Positions 35,947-45,594 of a stretch of 51,672 nucleotides of DNA are shown here, one piece after another. The translations under genes were made by a program, and so were the position numbers. A model generated the notes under the pieces. It did no database searches. It was not told the origin of the DNA and saw only the letters and a program-made list of their open reading frames with translations. The DNA comes from Candidatus Woesearchaeota archaeon (GTDB taxonomy: Archaea; Nanobdellota; Nanobdellia; Pacearchaeales; UBA12030), in the NCBI GenBank assembly GCA_964361585.1, contig CAYIBB010000002.1, forward strand, positions 1-51,672, written 5' to 3'. Position 1 is the first letter of the stretch. Every line of letters starts with the position of its first letter.

Positions 35947-36729
35947 ATGGAAGAAGTTGCGTTCAAAAGAGGGAAAAACTTTCCAAAAAGTATTCGTAAC
36001 CCTCTATTTGTTGTTGGCTTACCTGGAATAGGAAATGTTGGTAAAATAGTTGTAGATTATGCGGTAGAGCAGCTGAATGCCGAGGAGATAGGAAGGTTTT
36101 ATATTGACACTCCTCCCATGGTCTTTCCAACTGAGGAAGCTGTTGAATTTCCCTCATTGAAGGTTTACTATAAAGCCTCTGGTGGTAACTCCGTTATCTT
36201 TTTGGCTGGAGATTATCAGCCTAGAGATAAAAAGTGTTTTCACTTCTGTAAAAACTTTCTAAATTTATTTAAGAAATTAAAAGGAAAGGAGATATTAGTC
36301 TTTGGCGGAGCATCATTGTCAGAGCCTGAAGCATCACCTTTAGTTTACTACATTACGAGCAATGTAAAACTACGCAAGAAGTATTCCTCAATCAATGGAG
36401 TTAGATACGCTTTCAGTAATCTTGGCCCAATTGTTGGTGTTGCTGGCGTTCTAGTTGGAATGGCCAAGGAATACGGAGTTGATGCTTCTGCTTTCCTCAC
36501 AGAAACCTCTGATAAAGAGTATTTCAATACAAATAGTGTAAAGACAGCTCTCACTTTATTAAATAAGGTTACAAAAATAAATGTAGATGCAAAGAAATTT
36601 AATGCCCGTGTTAATGACATTAAAAAGGAGTTGGGAGAGATAATAAAGTTTGCAAAGGAAGATGAACTTATTAAAAAGTCTGTTACAGAAAAGAAGCTTG
36701 GTGAAGACAGAGTAAATTATATTGGTTGA
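35947..36729 (+). CDS. PAC2-family (COG1938) proteasome-assembly-chaperone-like protein
   Basis: FVVGLPGIGNVGKIVVDYAVEQL motif. Start moved to Met33 (35947) because the longer ORF overlaps nop10. Confidence 0.65.
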   Translation: MEEVAFKRGKNFPKSIRNPLFVVGLPGIGNVGKIVVDYAVEQLNAEEIGRFYIDTPPMVFPTEEAVEFPSLKVYYKASGGNSVIFLAGDYQPRDKKCFHFCKNFLNLFKKLKGKEILVFGGASLSEPEASPLVYYITSNVKLRKKYSSINGVRYAFSNLGPIVGVAGVLVGMAKEYGVDASAFLTETSDKEYFNTNSVKTALTLLNKVTKINVDAKKFNARVNDIKKELGEIIKFAKEDELIKKSVTEKKLGEDRVNYIG

Positions 36730-36735
36730 TTTAAA

Positions 36736-37230
36736 GTGTCTGAAAGGAAAAAGTTTATTATTAATCCAAAGACAAAAATAGGGCATATTCATTTAACTGT
36801 TTCTGATTTGCAACGTTCGCTAGCTTTTTATAGAGGTATACTTGGATTTGAAGTTATGTATTGGTGGGAAGATAAGACAGCAGTTTTTTTATCAGCTGGA
36901 GGATATCATCACCATATTGCACTTAATATTTGGTATGGGAAAAAAGGTCCACCCCCACCTGGGTACACTGGACTATTCCATTTTGCAATTTTGTTGCCAA
37001 ACAAGAAAGAACTTGCGAAAGTAGTTAAAAGAGTTATTGATGCAGGCCGTAGTGTAACAGTACAAGATCATGGTGCTAACATAGCTGTATATCTAAGTGA
37101 TCCAGATGGAAATGGAATTGAACTGAGTATTGATAGACCAGAAAAAGAGTGGCCAAAGGACAAAAAAGGAAATCTTATTCTTTATTCAAAGCCTCTTAAT
37201 ATTAAAGAGATTCTTAAATATTTAAAATAA
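36736..37230 (+). CDS. VOC-family (glyoxalase/bleomycin-resistance/dioxygenase) protein
   Basis: IGHIHLTVSDLQRSLAFYRGILGFEV ... HHIALN ... GNGIELS metal-ligand pattern. Apparent GTG start. Confidence 0.75.
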   Translation: MSERKKFIINPKTKIGHIHLTVSDLQRSLAFYRGILGFEVMYWWEDKTAVFLSAGGYHHHIALNIWYGKKGPPPPGYTGLFHFAILLPNKKELAKVVKRVIDAGRSVTVQDHGANIAVYLSDPDGNGIELSIDRPEKEWPKDKKGNLILYSKPLNIKEILKYLK

Positions 37231-38457
37231 TTTCTTCTGAATTTCCCTCTCTAGAACTACCTCGCCATACTTGCCATCGTAGCCTGGCTTTATCTTAATC
37301 TTCCCTTCCCTATTCTGTATTATTGCGTCTGCAAGTTTTTCATTTACAATCTTGATAATCTTTTCCCTATCAGCTTTAAGCAGGATGTTATATTCATTTC
37401 CAAATTCTTGAATTAACTTATTATACTCATTCCAGACCGCTTTTGTGTAAATTGCTTTTCCTAAACTTGCAGAAATTAACTCGCTGAGCGGGATTAAAGT
37501 TATGAATAGGGGTGCATCTTTCTGGATGTAAGTAGAGGGCCTATCCGCAAGTTCTTCAACTCTGTGTAGAACTCCCACTGTAACTTTATCTCCACATTTA
37601 GGGCATATTTTATTAATCTTCCTTGTTTCCTCTGGAAGAAGGCAGACATTACAATCTCTATGGCCATCTAAGTGGTATTTACCATAATCTGGTTTAACCT
37701 CTATAGTTCCTTTTATCTCTTTGTTTCTGATTGCCTTTATTATACCCCTATAATCTAATTCCTTCATATGAAAGAGTGTAGCTTCTCTTCCTAATCTCCA
37801 AGGCCACAAAGAATGAGCATCTGAATTACTTACTAGTGTGTATTTATCAAGCTGTGATAATCTCCAATTCATTGCTGGATCAGAACTTAGTCCAGTTTCT
37901 ATAGCATATACATGCTTAGTCTGCTCTTGAAAGCATTCCTTAACAGAATCAAAGCCACTTTCTGATCCAAATATTGAAAAGTATGGCGTCCATGCATGTG
38001 CTGGAATTATTTCTATCTCATTACTAATACTCTTAAGATCCTCAACAAGTTCAGGGCAAGTGTAATTGCTGAAGATTGGCCTGCCATCTGATTCTAAATT
38101 TCCTCTTTTGCTTAGATGTTCATTAATCTGTTCAACTATCTCAACAGAAGGAGCAAATAAAAGATTATGCACTTTCCTAACTCTTCGATCTTGCTCATAA
38201 ATATTGGAAACTTCCCCGGTAAAAAGGAACTTAATTTCGCTTTCACTAGAATTTAATATTCCATCTCCTTCCTCAAAGTGCTGTTTTATCTCTTTAAGCC
38301 ATTCTGGATGTGTAAAATCCCCCGTTCCTATAAGATTTATACCTTTAATTTTTGCATACTTTATAATATTCTGTATTGTAATGTTTTGAGAAGTAGCTCT
38401 GCTGAATCTAGAATGTATTTGCAAATCTGCAATAATATCCATTTTATGTATTGACAC
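37222..38457 (-). CDS. PHP-domain nuclease with Zn ribbon (COG1379, Endonuclease Q-like)
   Basis: N-terminal PHP motif DLQIHSRFSRATS...INLIGTGDFTHPEW and a C-terminal Zn-ribbon region CPKCGDKVTVGVLHRVEELADR, as in archaeal EndoQ. Confidence 0.7.
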   Translation of the reverse strand: MSIHKMDIIADLQIHSRFSRATSQNITIQNIIKYAKIKGINLIGTGDFTHPEWLKEIKQHFEEGDGILNSSESEIKFLFTGEVSNIYEQDRRVRKVHNLLFAPSVEIVEQINEHLSKRGNLESDGRPIFSNYTCPELVEDLKSISNEIEIIPAHAWTPYFSIFGSESGFDSVKECFQEQTKHVYAIETGLSSDPAMNWRLSQLDKYTLVSNSDAHSLWPWRLGREATLFHMKELDYRGIIKAIRNKEIKGTIEVKPDYGKYHLDGHRDCNVCLLPEETRKINKICPKCGDKVTVGVLHRVEELADRPSTYIQKDAPLFITLIPLSELISASLGKAIYTKAVWNEYNKLIQEFGNEYNILLKADREKIIKIVNEKLADAIIQNREGKIKIKPGYDGKYGEVVLEREIQKKLF

Positions 38458-38548
38458 TTAAATTTATTTATTTTACTGTTAAATAAAATTCTCCTGGAAT
38501 TAATATGAAAATTAGAAAAAAGATAAGAACATAAGAAGTGATTTTATA

Positions 38549-39817
38549 TTATTGAGAGGCAATTGTAAATGGTGCGTCGTTAAAGTCGGTGGCGACGATG
38601 AATTCTCCTGTAGGAGAGAACGAGGCCCCTGAACTCCCTTCAAGAACTTCTTGAACCGCAATATAATACTTATCAGCTGTTTGAAATTCTATCCAATCAG
38701 TAATTTTCCATGTATAGGTAAAATCTCCAGCTTCAGAACTCAATGGCACATTGGTAGCAATCCAAGCCAACATTCCTTTATCTTTATTCAATAATGCGAT
38801 GCTTACTTTGCGGTTATCAATGCCCTTTGCTTTCCAGCTAATGGCCACCTCTGTGCCTGGCACAAATGTTTCTCCACCATTTGGTGAGAGAACTTGGATT
38901 TCAGAATGAGGAACTATGCTAAATGTTTCATCACTTATATCCCAATTTCCAGGCTTGTTTGCAGCATAATCCCAGAAGAGAAGCTGGTCCTTTTCATTTT
39001 CTGATAGTATGAGGATCTTGTATCTGCCTGGAGTTAGATAATAGCACGTTGATCCCCAAACCTCTTTGCACACAACGAATGGATTCCAAGAATCTAGTAT
39101 AATATTTTCTCCAGTACTCGGGTCAAAGAAGGAATTACCACCATAGCCAAGATACGGACCGGTATAGCCTGTACCTGCTGGAAATGGAAGGGTCCCGCCC
39201 AGTATATAACCTACGATAAGATCAGTTGGGTCGGCGTTATTGGTTGCACTCTCTTTTACTAGCATGACCTGGAACTTTCCCTTCCCTCCAGAAAACTTAA
39301 GATCATAATATTCACCCCTCCAGTGCACCCGATCATCGAGGATGTAATAGTACCCTTGGAGTAATTCTTCGCCACCATTAGGATAAACTACAGTCACTGG
39401 TGGTGCTGTTTTACAATTTCCATTGAATCTCTTAATTACAGCCTTGCTTTTTCCTTCATTGCAGTAATCGTATATCTCATCACCGCAAATAGAAGTTGCC
39501 TGCACAGATTCACCGCGTTGGCTTTGTGATGCACTATTCAGACATGCTGCAAATGCTCTTGTGCCACTTTCCTGACTAAGTCCAATAATCTTTTTGGCAG
39601 TATGCTGTTCATAGCATGGTCGAACTTCAGTAGAAGTACAATTTAAAGAAGCTATAGAAAATGCTGAAGTAGCTTTTTGATTATTCATCAAAGAAAAAGC
39701 GACAACCCCGAAAAATACAATTAAGACTAATACGACAATTCCAAAGTTACTCTTCTCATTTGGCTTTGAACTTACCTTTGCGATTTCACCCTCTTTTTTA
39801 TCCTTCAAATAAGCCAT
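38549..39817 (-). CDS. Secreted/membrane-anchored hypothetical protein
   Basis: N-terminal signal-anchor (FGIVVLVLIVFFGVVAFSL), a Cys-containing extracellular region, and two beta-rich modules beginning PNGGE (VVYPNGGEELL, VLSPNGGETFVPGTEVAISWKAKG). Confidence 0.6.
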   Translation of the reverse strand: MAYLKDKKEGEIAKVSSKPNEKSNFGIVVLVLIVFFGVVAFSLMNNQKATSAFSIASLNCTSTEVRPCYEQHTAKKIIGLSQESGTRAFAACLNSASQSQRGESVQATSICGDEIYDYCNEGKSKAVIKRFNGNCKTAPPVTVVYPNGGEELLQGYYYILDDRVHWRGEYYDLKFSGGKGKFQVMLVKESATNNADPTDLIVGYILGGTLPFPAGTGYTGPYLGYGGNSFFDPSTGENIILDSWNPFVVCKEVWGSTCYYLTPGRYKILILSENEKDQLLFWDYAANKPGNWDISDETFSIVPHSEIQVLSPNGGETFVPGTEVAISWKAKGIDNRKVSIALLNKDKGMLAWIATNVPLSSEAGDFTYTWKITDWIEFQTADKYYIAVQEVLEGSSGASFSPTGEFIVATDFNDAPFTIASQ

Positions 39818-39850
39818 CTTCCCTTAAAAACCTTATCTCGTTCCATTTTC

Positions 39851-39900
39851 GTTTATGTGCAACTCCTATCTATTTATGTGCAGGAAAGCATTCATGTGCA
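39851..39900. repeat. Three direct copies of TTYATGTGCA in a divergent intergenic region
   Basis: ATGTGCA at 39855-39861, 39876-39882 and 39894-39900 (spacing 21 and 18 nt), each preceded by TT(T/C). Lies between the divergent genes ending at 39817 and starting at 40021. Confidence 0.5.
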
Positions 39901-40020
39901 AAGCCCACCAAAAACAAAAACTTTTTAAATAAAAGAATGCATAAATATGAAAAAGGAGGAAGACGAAATGGCAAAAAAGAGAAAGAAAAAGAAATAAATA
40001 ATTCATCTATTTTTATTTAA

Positions 40021-40419
40021 ATGGGCGTAATACTTGGGCTTGATCCTGGGATGACTGTTGGATTAGCGTTGATTGATGATAGGGGTAATATTATCATCAT
40101 TGATTCTAGGAAGCACTTTAATGTTTCCAAGATCATTTCCCTAGTTAATTCTTATAATTCTTATGGTAGTGTAGAGGTAATTGCAGCTGATACTGTAAGA
40201 ATTCCCAAATTACTTTTAAGAATTTCAGCAAAGCTTGGAACTGGAATAATCAATCCTAAAAAGGATTTGACGATCAAAAGAAAAAAGGATATAGTCATCA
40301 AATATGATAAAGACTTGCTGAAGGGTATCAAGAATAAGCACGAATTAGCAGCTCTTGCATCCTCCATTTATGCATACAAGAAACTAAAATTTCTTGAGCG
40401 GAAGTTATCTTTCCATTAA
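40021..40419 (+). CDS. RNase H-fold protein resembling the N-terminal domain of DUF460/COG2433
   Basis: VILGLDPGMTVGLALIDDRGNII..., VIAADTVRIPKLLLRISAKL, NKHELAALASSIYAYKK resemble the DUF460 N-terminal nuclease-like module. Only 132 aa, so the long coiled-coil part is absent. Confidence 0.5.
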   Translation: MGVILGLDPGMTVGLALIDDRGNIIIIDSRKHFNVSKIISLVNSYNSYGSVEVIAADTVRIPKLLLRISAKLGTGIINPKKDLTIKRKKDIVIKYDKDLLKGIKNKHELAALASSIYAYKKLKFLERKLSFH

Positions 40420-40458
40420 TACCAAAAATTATTTATACTAACTATACCTACGTGAAAA

Positions 40459-41097
40459 ATGGCAAAAGATAAAAAAAGAGTCACTTCTAAAAGGCCCAAA
40501 GTTAAATCTAAAGCTAAAAGTAGGACTGTAATGAAAAAGGCCCATACAAAGATATCTATAAAAATGCCGGTGATGAAAGGCAATGTTACAAGTTCAAATT
40601 TATTAGTCACTTTTGATCCAGCTCATAGTGGGAGGGCAGTGCTTGAAATTCAATCTTTACTGAAAGAAGTCAAGATGAATGCAGAATTTGTCGCTCAAGA
40701 AGAAGGCCTCTTCTTACTAAAAGCTTCAAACCCTAAGGAGATCGTTAAGAAACTTAAAGTGTTGTGCGAGAAGAGTCCTAAAAAGTTCAACTCTACATTC
40801 CATTACATACCTATAGATACATGGGCCTCAAGTAACATAAAAACCATGCAGACTATCACTAAGAAGCTTGGAGAAAAAATAGGAAAAACAGAGAAATGGA
40901 AAATGAATCTCAATAAGAGGCACTATGAAGTAGATAGCAGAGAACTAATAGTAAAATTGACAGATCCGATTGATAGACAGTTTGTTGATTTAAAAAATCC
41001 AGATAAGATTGTACAGGTGGAGATTATTGGAAAGAATGCCGGAATTTCCCTTCTCAGTAAGAATGAACTTCTTGAGGTTTCTAAGATTAAAGGCTAA
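40459..41097 (+). CDS. THUMP-domain RNA-binding protein (COG1818-like)
   Basis: LLVTFDPAHSGRAVLEIQSLLKEV ... WKMNLNKRHYEVDSRELIVKLTDPIDRQFVDLKNPDKIVQVEIIGKNAGISLL fits the small archaeal THUMP-protein pattern. A ~40-aa Lys-rich N-terminal extension is present. Confidence 0.5.
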   Translation: MAKDKKRVTSKRPKVKSKAKSRTVMKKAHTKISIKMPVMKGNVTSSNLLVTFDPAHSGRAVLEIQSLLKEVKMNAEFVAQEEGLFLLKASNPKEIVKKLKVLCEKSPKKFNSTFHYIPIDTWASSNIKTMQTITKKLGEKIGKTEKWKMNLNKRHYEVDSRELIVKLTDPIDRQFVDLKNPDKIVQVEIIGKNAGISLLSKNELLEVSKIKG

Positions 41098-41218
41098 TTC
41101 GTGAGTTTAGAGTTTAGAAAGATTTATAAAATATAATATAACTACTTTTTGATATATTCTTTTATAGACCTTTTTAGTTAGAAATTTTCCTGGTAATATA
41201 GAAAATTAACAAGATAAA

Positions 41219-41974
41219 ATGAACCATCTTAAACATGCAGTAGGTAGTCTGGAAAGTATTTTGGAAAGTGAGAGAATCTATTTAGCTAGTGCTATAGAAG
41301 AACATTCTGCAAACATGAAAGAAGCACTCGCTACTTTATCGCCTGACAAAGCAGAAAAAGCAGTAGAATCAATCTCTAAAGAAAGTTTCTATTACTTGAG
41401 AACATGGAGTCCATCAATTGTAGGAAGAGGCGAAAGTCAAGTAGTTTTGAGTTTGGGAAAGTATTTAGTTGCAAAAACACTAGTATATAATAAACTTCAA
41501 AATTATTATGTTCTTTCAAGTTCTAGAGTATACCCTGAACACCTAGAGGAAACAACCAAAAATTTACAGGCTCTAGGGTTGCAAGTTCCTCCTTATGTTT
41601 TGCTTGGAGTTGAAATTACCCCAAAAGATTGGAAAGTGACAGAACAAGGAAGAAATTTTAAAATTACTCCTGATTTGAGGGGCGATGGTCACTCAATTAA
41701 AGAAGCAACAGCTGCAGTTTTTGATTCTCTTATTAATGGAAATAGCTTGAGAGACGAATTGGAGCATTACGAAAGTAAACTTTTGTCTATGTATAGGGAA
41801 AATGGCCATGTTAGAAAAGTTGGTCAAGAATATTCATTCTCAGTAAATGGTCATTTAACTCAATATGGACCGGAGGAAGCAATAAGAAGAATGTTCTTAG
41901 TTCAGATTATCGATGGATATGAACGTGGAAGACTTGTACCTGGAGATGTGGAGCATGTTAAATTAATTAAATAA
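41219..41974 (+). CDS. Hypothetical protein (weak kinase-like Gly-loop/VAK motif)
   Basis: 251-aa ORF. IVGRGESQVVLSLGKYLVAKT resembles a protein-kinase Gly-rich loop plus VAxK lysine, but no clear catalytic loop was seen. Confidence 0.4.
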   Translation: MNHLKHAVGSLESILESERIYLASAIEEHSANMKEALATLSPDKAEKAVESISKESFYYLRTWSPSIVGRGESQVVLSLGKYLVAKTLVYNKLQNYYVLSSSRVYPEHLEETTKNLQALGLQVPPYVLLGVEITPKDWKVTEQGRNFKITPDLRGDGHSIKEATAAVFDSLINGNSLRDELEHYESKLLSMYRENGHVRKVGQEYSFSVNGHLTQYGPEEAIRRMFLVQIIDGYERGRLVPGDVEHVKLIK

Positions 41975-42031
41975 AATTAACTAAATAAGCTCACAAGATA
42001 AGATTTATTAATTCTCTTCATTTTTTCTTTT

Positions 42032-42484
42032 ATGAAAGATTTACCAATAGCAGAAATAACCTTGCGAAAGTATGAACAGCCTTCAACTTTAGAGGGCCGT
42101 GATTTAGTTAAGAAACTTTGCCTTAGCCTTGGATTGCTTCAACCCGGCGACGGCCGCGATGTTGTAGTAGATATTGTAACTATTTTACTTAGGTCAAAGA
42201 GGGAAAATAAGACTATTTCTTTGGGAGAAATTAAAACGCAAGTGGAAAAGTTTAGGCTTGAAAATGGACTAGACATTAGAGGACTTGCAGAATCTAATAT
42301 AAGAAGGCAACTTCGTAAACTTAAAGACTTGCTTATTATAGAAAGAATTAATAATCAATACAGGATTTCCGAATTTGAGGACCTTGACAAGATTTTTGAG
42401 GATAAGATAGAAAGATTTTTACTTAGGGGAATTATGGAAAGAGTTAAAGATTATCTTAGTGAGATAAAAACAAAAGATTTTTAA
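42032..42484 (+). CDS. Putative winged-helix DNA-binding protein
   Basis: 150-aa ORF; the central region (ISLGEIKTQV...IRRQLRKLKDLLIIERINNQYRI) resembles a wHTH recognition helix plus wing. Family not identified. Confidence 0.4.
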   Translation: MKDLPIAEITLRKYEQPSTLEGRDLVKKLCLSLGLLQPGDGRDVVVDIVTILLRSKRENKTISLGEIKTQVEKFRLENGLDIRGLAESNIRRQLRKLKDLLIIERINNQYRISEFEDLDKIFEDKIERFLLRGIMERVKDYLSEIKTKDF

Positions 42485-42542
42485 TAACACTTCTCTTTAA
42501 TTCATAGTTCAATTCTTTACTCTTTAAAGTAAACAAGGTAAA

Positions 42543-43217
42543 ATGAATGAGAAAAATATTCTAAGCACCATAGAAAAGCTCGAGAGTAAGCGGAAGTTTG
42601 ATGAAGGCATAGACTTAATTATAAATCTTAAAAATTTTGATGTCAAAAAGGAAACCCTTGACGTTTTTGTTGAGATTCCAGTTCCTCCCAGTCAGAGAAA
42701 AATCTGTCTTTTTGCTGAAAAGCAAGCTGCTGAAGCAGAAGGAGTTGTTGATAGAATAATAACTAAAGACCAATTTACAGTATTTGATAAGCGTAAAGCT
42801 AAAACTTTAGCAAAGACTTATGATGTGTTTATTGCTGTAGCTCCTGTAATGCCTTCTGTTGCATCTTCATTCGGAAAAATCTTAGGCCCGAGGGGAAAGA
42901 TGCCTTCTCCCCAAGTAGGAGCAGTAATAGTGAAGCTTGATGAAAAGTCTCTAAAAGATCTTGTTGCAAGACTTAGAAAGACTTTAAGATTAAGAGCAAA
43001 GAGCGAGCTTTCTATTAAGGTCTCTATAGGCAAGAGTTCCATGAAGCTTGAAGAAGTTTTAGCTAATCTCAAAGCAGTCTACGATGCCATTGTGCGAGGA
43101 TTGCCTAAAGGTGAAGAAAGTATTAAGTCAATTTTGATCAAAAGGACTATGAGCAAGCCTGTTAAGATTAGCAATGAAATTTTAGAAAAACAAGTAAAAC
43201 AAAGAAAAATAAGATGA
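42543..43217 (+). CDS. rpl1: 50S ribosomal protein uL1
   Basis: FGKILGPRGKMPSPQ motif and the conserved L1-P0-P1 operon. Confidence 0.9.
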   Translation: MNEKNILSTIEKLESKRKFDEGIDLIINLKNFDVKKETLDVFVEIPVPPSQRKICLFAEKQAAEAEGVVDRIITKDQFTVFDKRKAKTLAKTYDVFIAVAPVMPSVASSFGKILGPRGKMPSPQVGAVIVKLDEKSLKDLVARLRKTLRLRAKSELSIKVSIGKSSMKLEEVLANLKAVYDAIVRGLPKGEESIKSILIKRTMSKPVKISNEILEKQVKQRKIR

Positions 43218-44077
43218 GAATGCAGACTATGATCATGAAACCCAGAGAGGAAAGGAAAATATCACAGAAAAAAATTACTGAGGTAGCTAGTCTTTCAAAG
43301 CTTTATAATTCATATAATTTAGTGCTTGTCTCCTCAATTTCAGGAATCTCTTCAGTACAGGTTCAAAAACTCAGAGAGAGGTTACGAGGTAGGGCAATTG
43401 TTAGAATAGTGAAAAAGAGAGTGCTTCAGAGATTCTTTAATGAAGTTGGAATTCCTGTTTATGACTCATTGACAAAGATTAAAGATAGTTCTGCAGTAAT
43501 ATTCACAGATGAAGATGTTTTTACTATAGTAAAATTGTTTGTTGAAGGTAAGGATAAGAAAAGAGCCAAAGCTGGACAGATAGCTCCTTCTGACATCATT
43601 ATTGAGGCAGGTCCAACATTTTTAATGGCTGGCCCAGCAATTACTGAACTTAGCGAGGCAGGACTAAAGACTGGAATTGAAAAAGGAAAAATCATTATTC
43701 GCGAGAAATTTGTTGTGAATCGAGGAAACCCTATTACGCAGGCAATTGTGAATTCCCTTTCTAGATTGAATATTTTTCCATTTGAATCTGGAGTTATACC
43801 TATAGTAGCATATCAGAGAGACAATAGTGTTCTATACGGAGAAGATTCTTTAGTCCTTGATATTGAGGGAACTTTGAGGTTATTAAGAGAAAACTCAATA
43901 CAGGCTTATTCATTAACTTTAGAAATAGGTTATTTTACGAGGGAAAATATTTTAGAAATTTTGCGTAGAAACTGGGCAGAAGCTGATGCTTTAGTAAAGG
44001 AAGCTGGAATTATTACTAAGGATAGTGTAGTAGATATGTTGGTTAAGGCACATAACGAGGCAAAATTGTTAGGATAA
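43214..44077 (+). CDS. rplP0: 50S ribosomal stalk protein uL10 (P0)
   Basis: 287-aa ORF overlapping the rpl1 stop by 4 nt. N-terminal uL10 region (VASLSKLYNSYNLVLVSSISGISSVQVQKLRERLRG); position between L1 and P1. Confidence 0.85.
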   Translation: MRMQTMIMKPREERKISQKKITEVASLSKLYNSYNLVLVSSISGISSVQVQKLRERLRGRAIVRIVKKRVLQRFFNEVGIPVYDSLTKIKDSSAVIFTDEDVFTIVKLFVEGKDKKRAKAGQIAPSDIIIEAGPTFLMAGPAITELSEAGLKTGIEKGKIIIREKFVVNRGNPITQAIVNSLSRLNIFPFESGVIPIVAYQRDNSVLYGEDSLVLDIEGTLRLLRENSIQAYSLTLEIGYFTRENILEILRRNWAEADALVKEAGIITKDSVVDMLVKAHNEAKLLG

Positions 44078-44140
44078 GAAAGGTTTAAAAATATTTTCCA
44101 CATGGGAATAAAGGGAATAATAAAATAATAAAATAATAAG

Positions 44141-44437
44141 ATGGAATATGTACACGCTGCCCTACTTCTTCATGAAGCAGGCAAGGATGTTAATGAAGAG
44201 AATATAAAAAAAGTAGTGAGAGCTGCTGGCATTGAAGTTAATGAGTCTAAAGTTAAAGCTCTTATCGCTTCACTTGATGGAGTTGATATTGGAAAAGTTC
44301 TTGAGGATGCGAAATCGAGGCCAGTTGCTGTAGCTCCTGTGGCCCATCATGCGGAAGCTAAAGTTGAATCAAAGAAAGAAAAAGAAGAGGAAAAGAAGGA
44401 AGAAGCAGCTGAGGGACTTTCAGCCTTGTTTGCTTAA
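44141..44437 (+). CDS. rpl12: 50S ribosomal stalk protein P1 (aL12)
   Basis: [26 protein letters not shown]... with a C-terminal acidic tail [17 protein letters not shown]. Confidence 0.95.
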   Translation: MEYVHAALLLHEAGKDVNEENIKKVVRAAGIEVNESKVKALIASLDGVDIGKVLEDAKSRPVAVAPVAHHAEAKVESKKEKEEEKKEEAAEGLSALFA

Positions 44438-44478
44438 TTCTTTCAATAATTTTTTATATGCTAAAATTTAGTTTTTAG

Positions 44479-44946
44479 ATGGTTAATCCAATTATTATAG
44501 TAATACTCCTAAGCATTTCGCCCATTTCAGAGCTTAGAGGTGCTATTCCAACTGGAATTGCCCTTGGACTTGATCTATGGACAGTATTCTTAATTGCAGT
44601 AATCGCAAACATACTAATTTCTGCCGTAATCTTCCTTTTCTTAGATTTTATACATAAAAGACTTATTACCAATTCTAATTACAGAAAGTTCTTTAACAGG
44701 TACGTTGAACATATAAGAACAAGAAAAAATAGTGTTCAGAAAAAAATCAATCTTTATGGTTTGCCGGCATTGGCAATTTTCGTGGCAATTCCTTTACCCT
44801 TGACTGGCGCTTACACTGGCACTTTAATTGCATGGCTTCTTAATCTTAATCGGTGGAAGGCATTCGCTGCTATTGCTCTTGGAGTAGTTGTGGCTGGACT
44901 ACTTGTGACTTTTGTTACTCTTGGTATTGTTAGCCTTATTTTTTAA
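44479..44946 (+). CDS. Small multidrug-export-family (COG2426-like) membrane protein
   Basis: ISPISELRGAIPTGIALGL motif and four predicted TM helices; 155 aa. Confidence 0.6.
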   Translation: MVNPIIIVILLSISPISELRGAIPTGIALGLDLWTVFLIAVIANILISAVIFLFLDFIHKRLITNSNYRKFFNRYVEHIRTRKNSVQKKINLYGLPALAIFVAIPLPLTGAYTGTLIAWLLNLNRWKAFAAIALGVVVAGLLVTFVTLGIVSLIF

Positions 44947-45538
44947 TAATCCTAAAAACTTCTTTCAAGTCAGAGTAAATAGGTACTCCTTTAACTCTAA
45001 AAATCTTTACAGTAAGAATCCAGATTCCAACTACTATGATTGTGGAGCCTAGTATCCAAAATGTAATATGGACCTTATTAAAAAGATCGAGACCATACTG
45101 CACTAGAATTACAATTAGTATCATAATTCTTAATACATTGACTAGCAAGAACGCGAGGGAAGTGAAAAGAAAGATTTTGATTCTATCGCTAATGCTTATG
45201 CCTTTAGTAAGTAAATTCAGGATTAAGAGCAGATAGTAGGCAGAGCCGGCAATGCAGGCATTGATTAACTCTATTACATAACTGTTAATGTAAAAGACGT
45301 TTCCTTCCACAAGCATTGGGTAGAATAAACTTATAAGGAATGAGCTTAATAGCACCGTTAGAGGTGTGAAGACAGCATAAAATAATGCTAAAGAGTTTAC
45401 TGAAAATAGCAGCAGAATTGCCAGCCTTGCACCAAAATCTATTAAATAGTTCCTAGCTTTTAATGCAATTACTGGCTTATCCTTACTATGTCTGCCTCTT
45501 TTTGCTCTTTGCACTTTATTTTTCATCCTATCTTTCAT
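44936..45538 (-). CDS. Small exosortase/archaeosortase-family protein
   Basis: Polytopic 200-aa membrane protein with the three family signature positions in order: Cys (ELINACIAGSAYYL), Arg (LVNVLRIMILI) and His (NKVHITFWILGS). Confidence 0.6.
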   Translation of the reverse strand: MKDRMKNKVQRAKRGRHSKDKPVIALKARNYLIDFGARLAILLLFSVNSLALFYAVFTPLTVLLSSFLISLFYPMLVEGNVFYINSYVIELINACIAGSAYYLLLILNLLTKGISISDRIKIFLFTSLAFLLVNVLRIMILIVILVQYGLDLFNKVHITFWILGSTIIVVGIWILTVKIFRVKGVPIYSDLKEVFRIIKK

Positions 45539-45594
45539 CCTATAATAGGATAAGGTAAGAAAAACTATTTAAATAAATTTTCCCCTCTCGCAGA

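Noticed and set aside
44100-44140. A-rich microsatellite-like run (aataaaataataaaataataag) before rpl12.
   Set aside because: It is short, imperfect low-complexity spacer typical of AT-rich intergenic DNA, with no evidence of function.
42032-44437. Absence of uL11 upstream of uL1-P0-P1, and separation of this operon from secE-spt5 by 42 kb.
   Set aside because: uL11 may lie just beyond the left window edge, downstream of spt5 on the minus strand. Break-up of this cluster is a simple rearrangement, not evidence of a new system.
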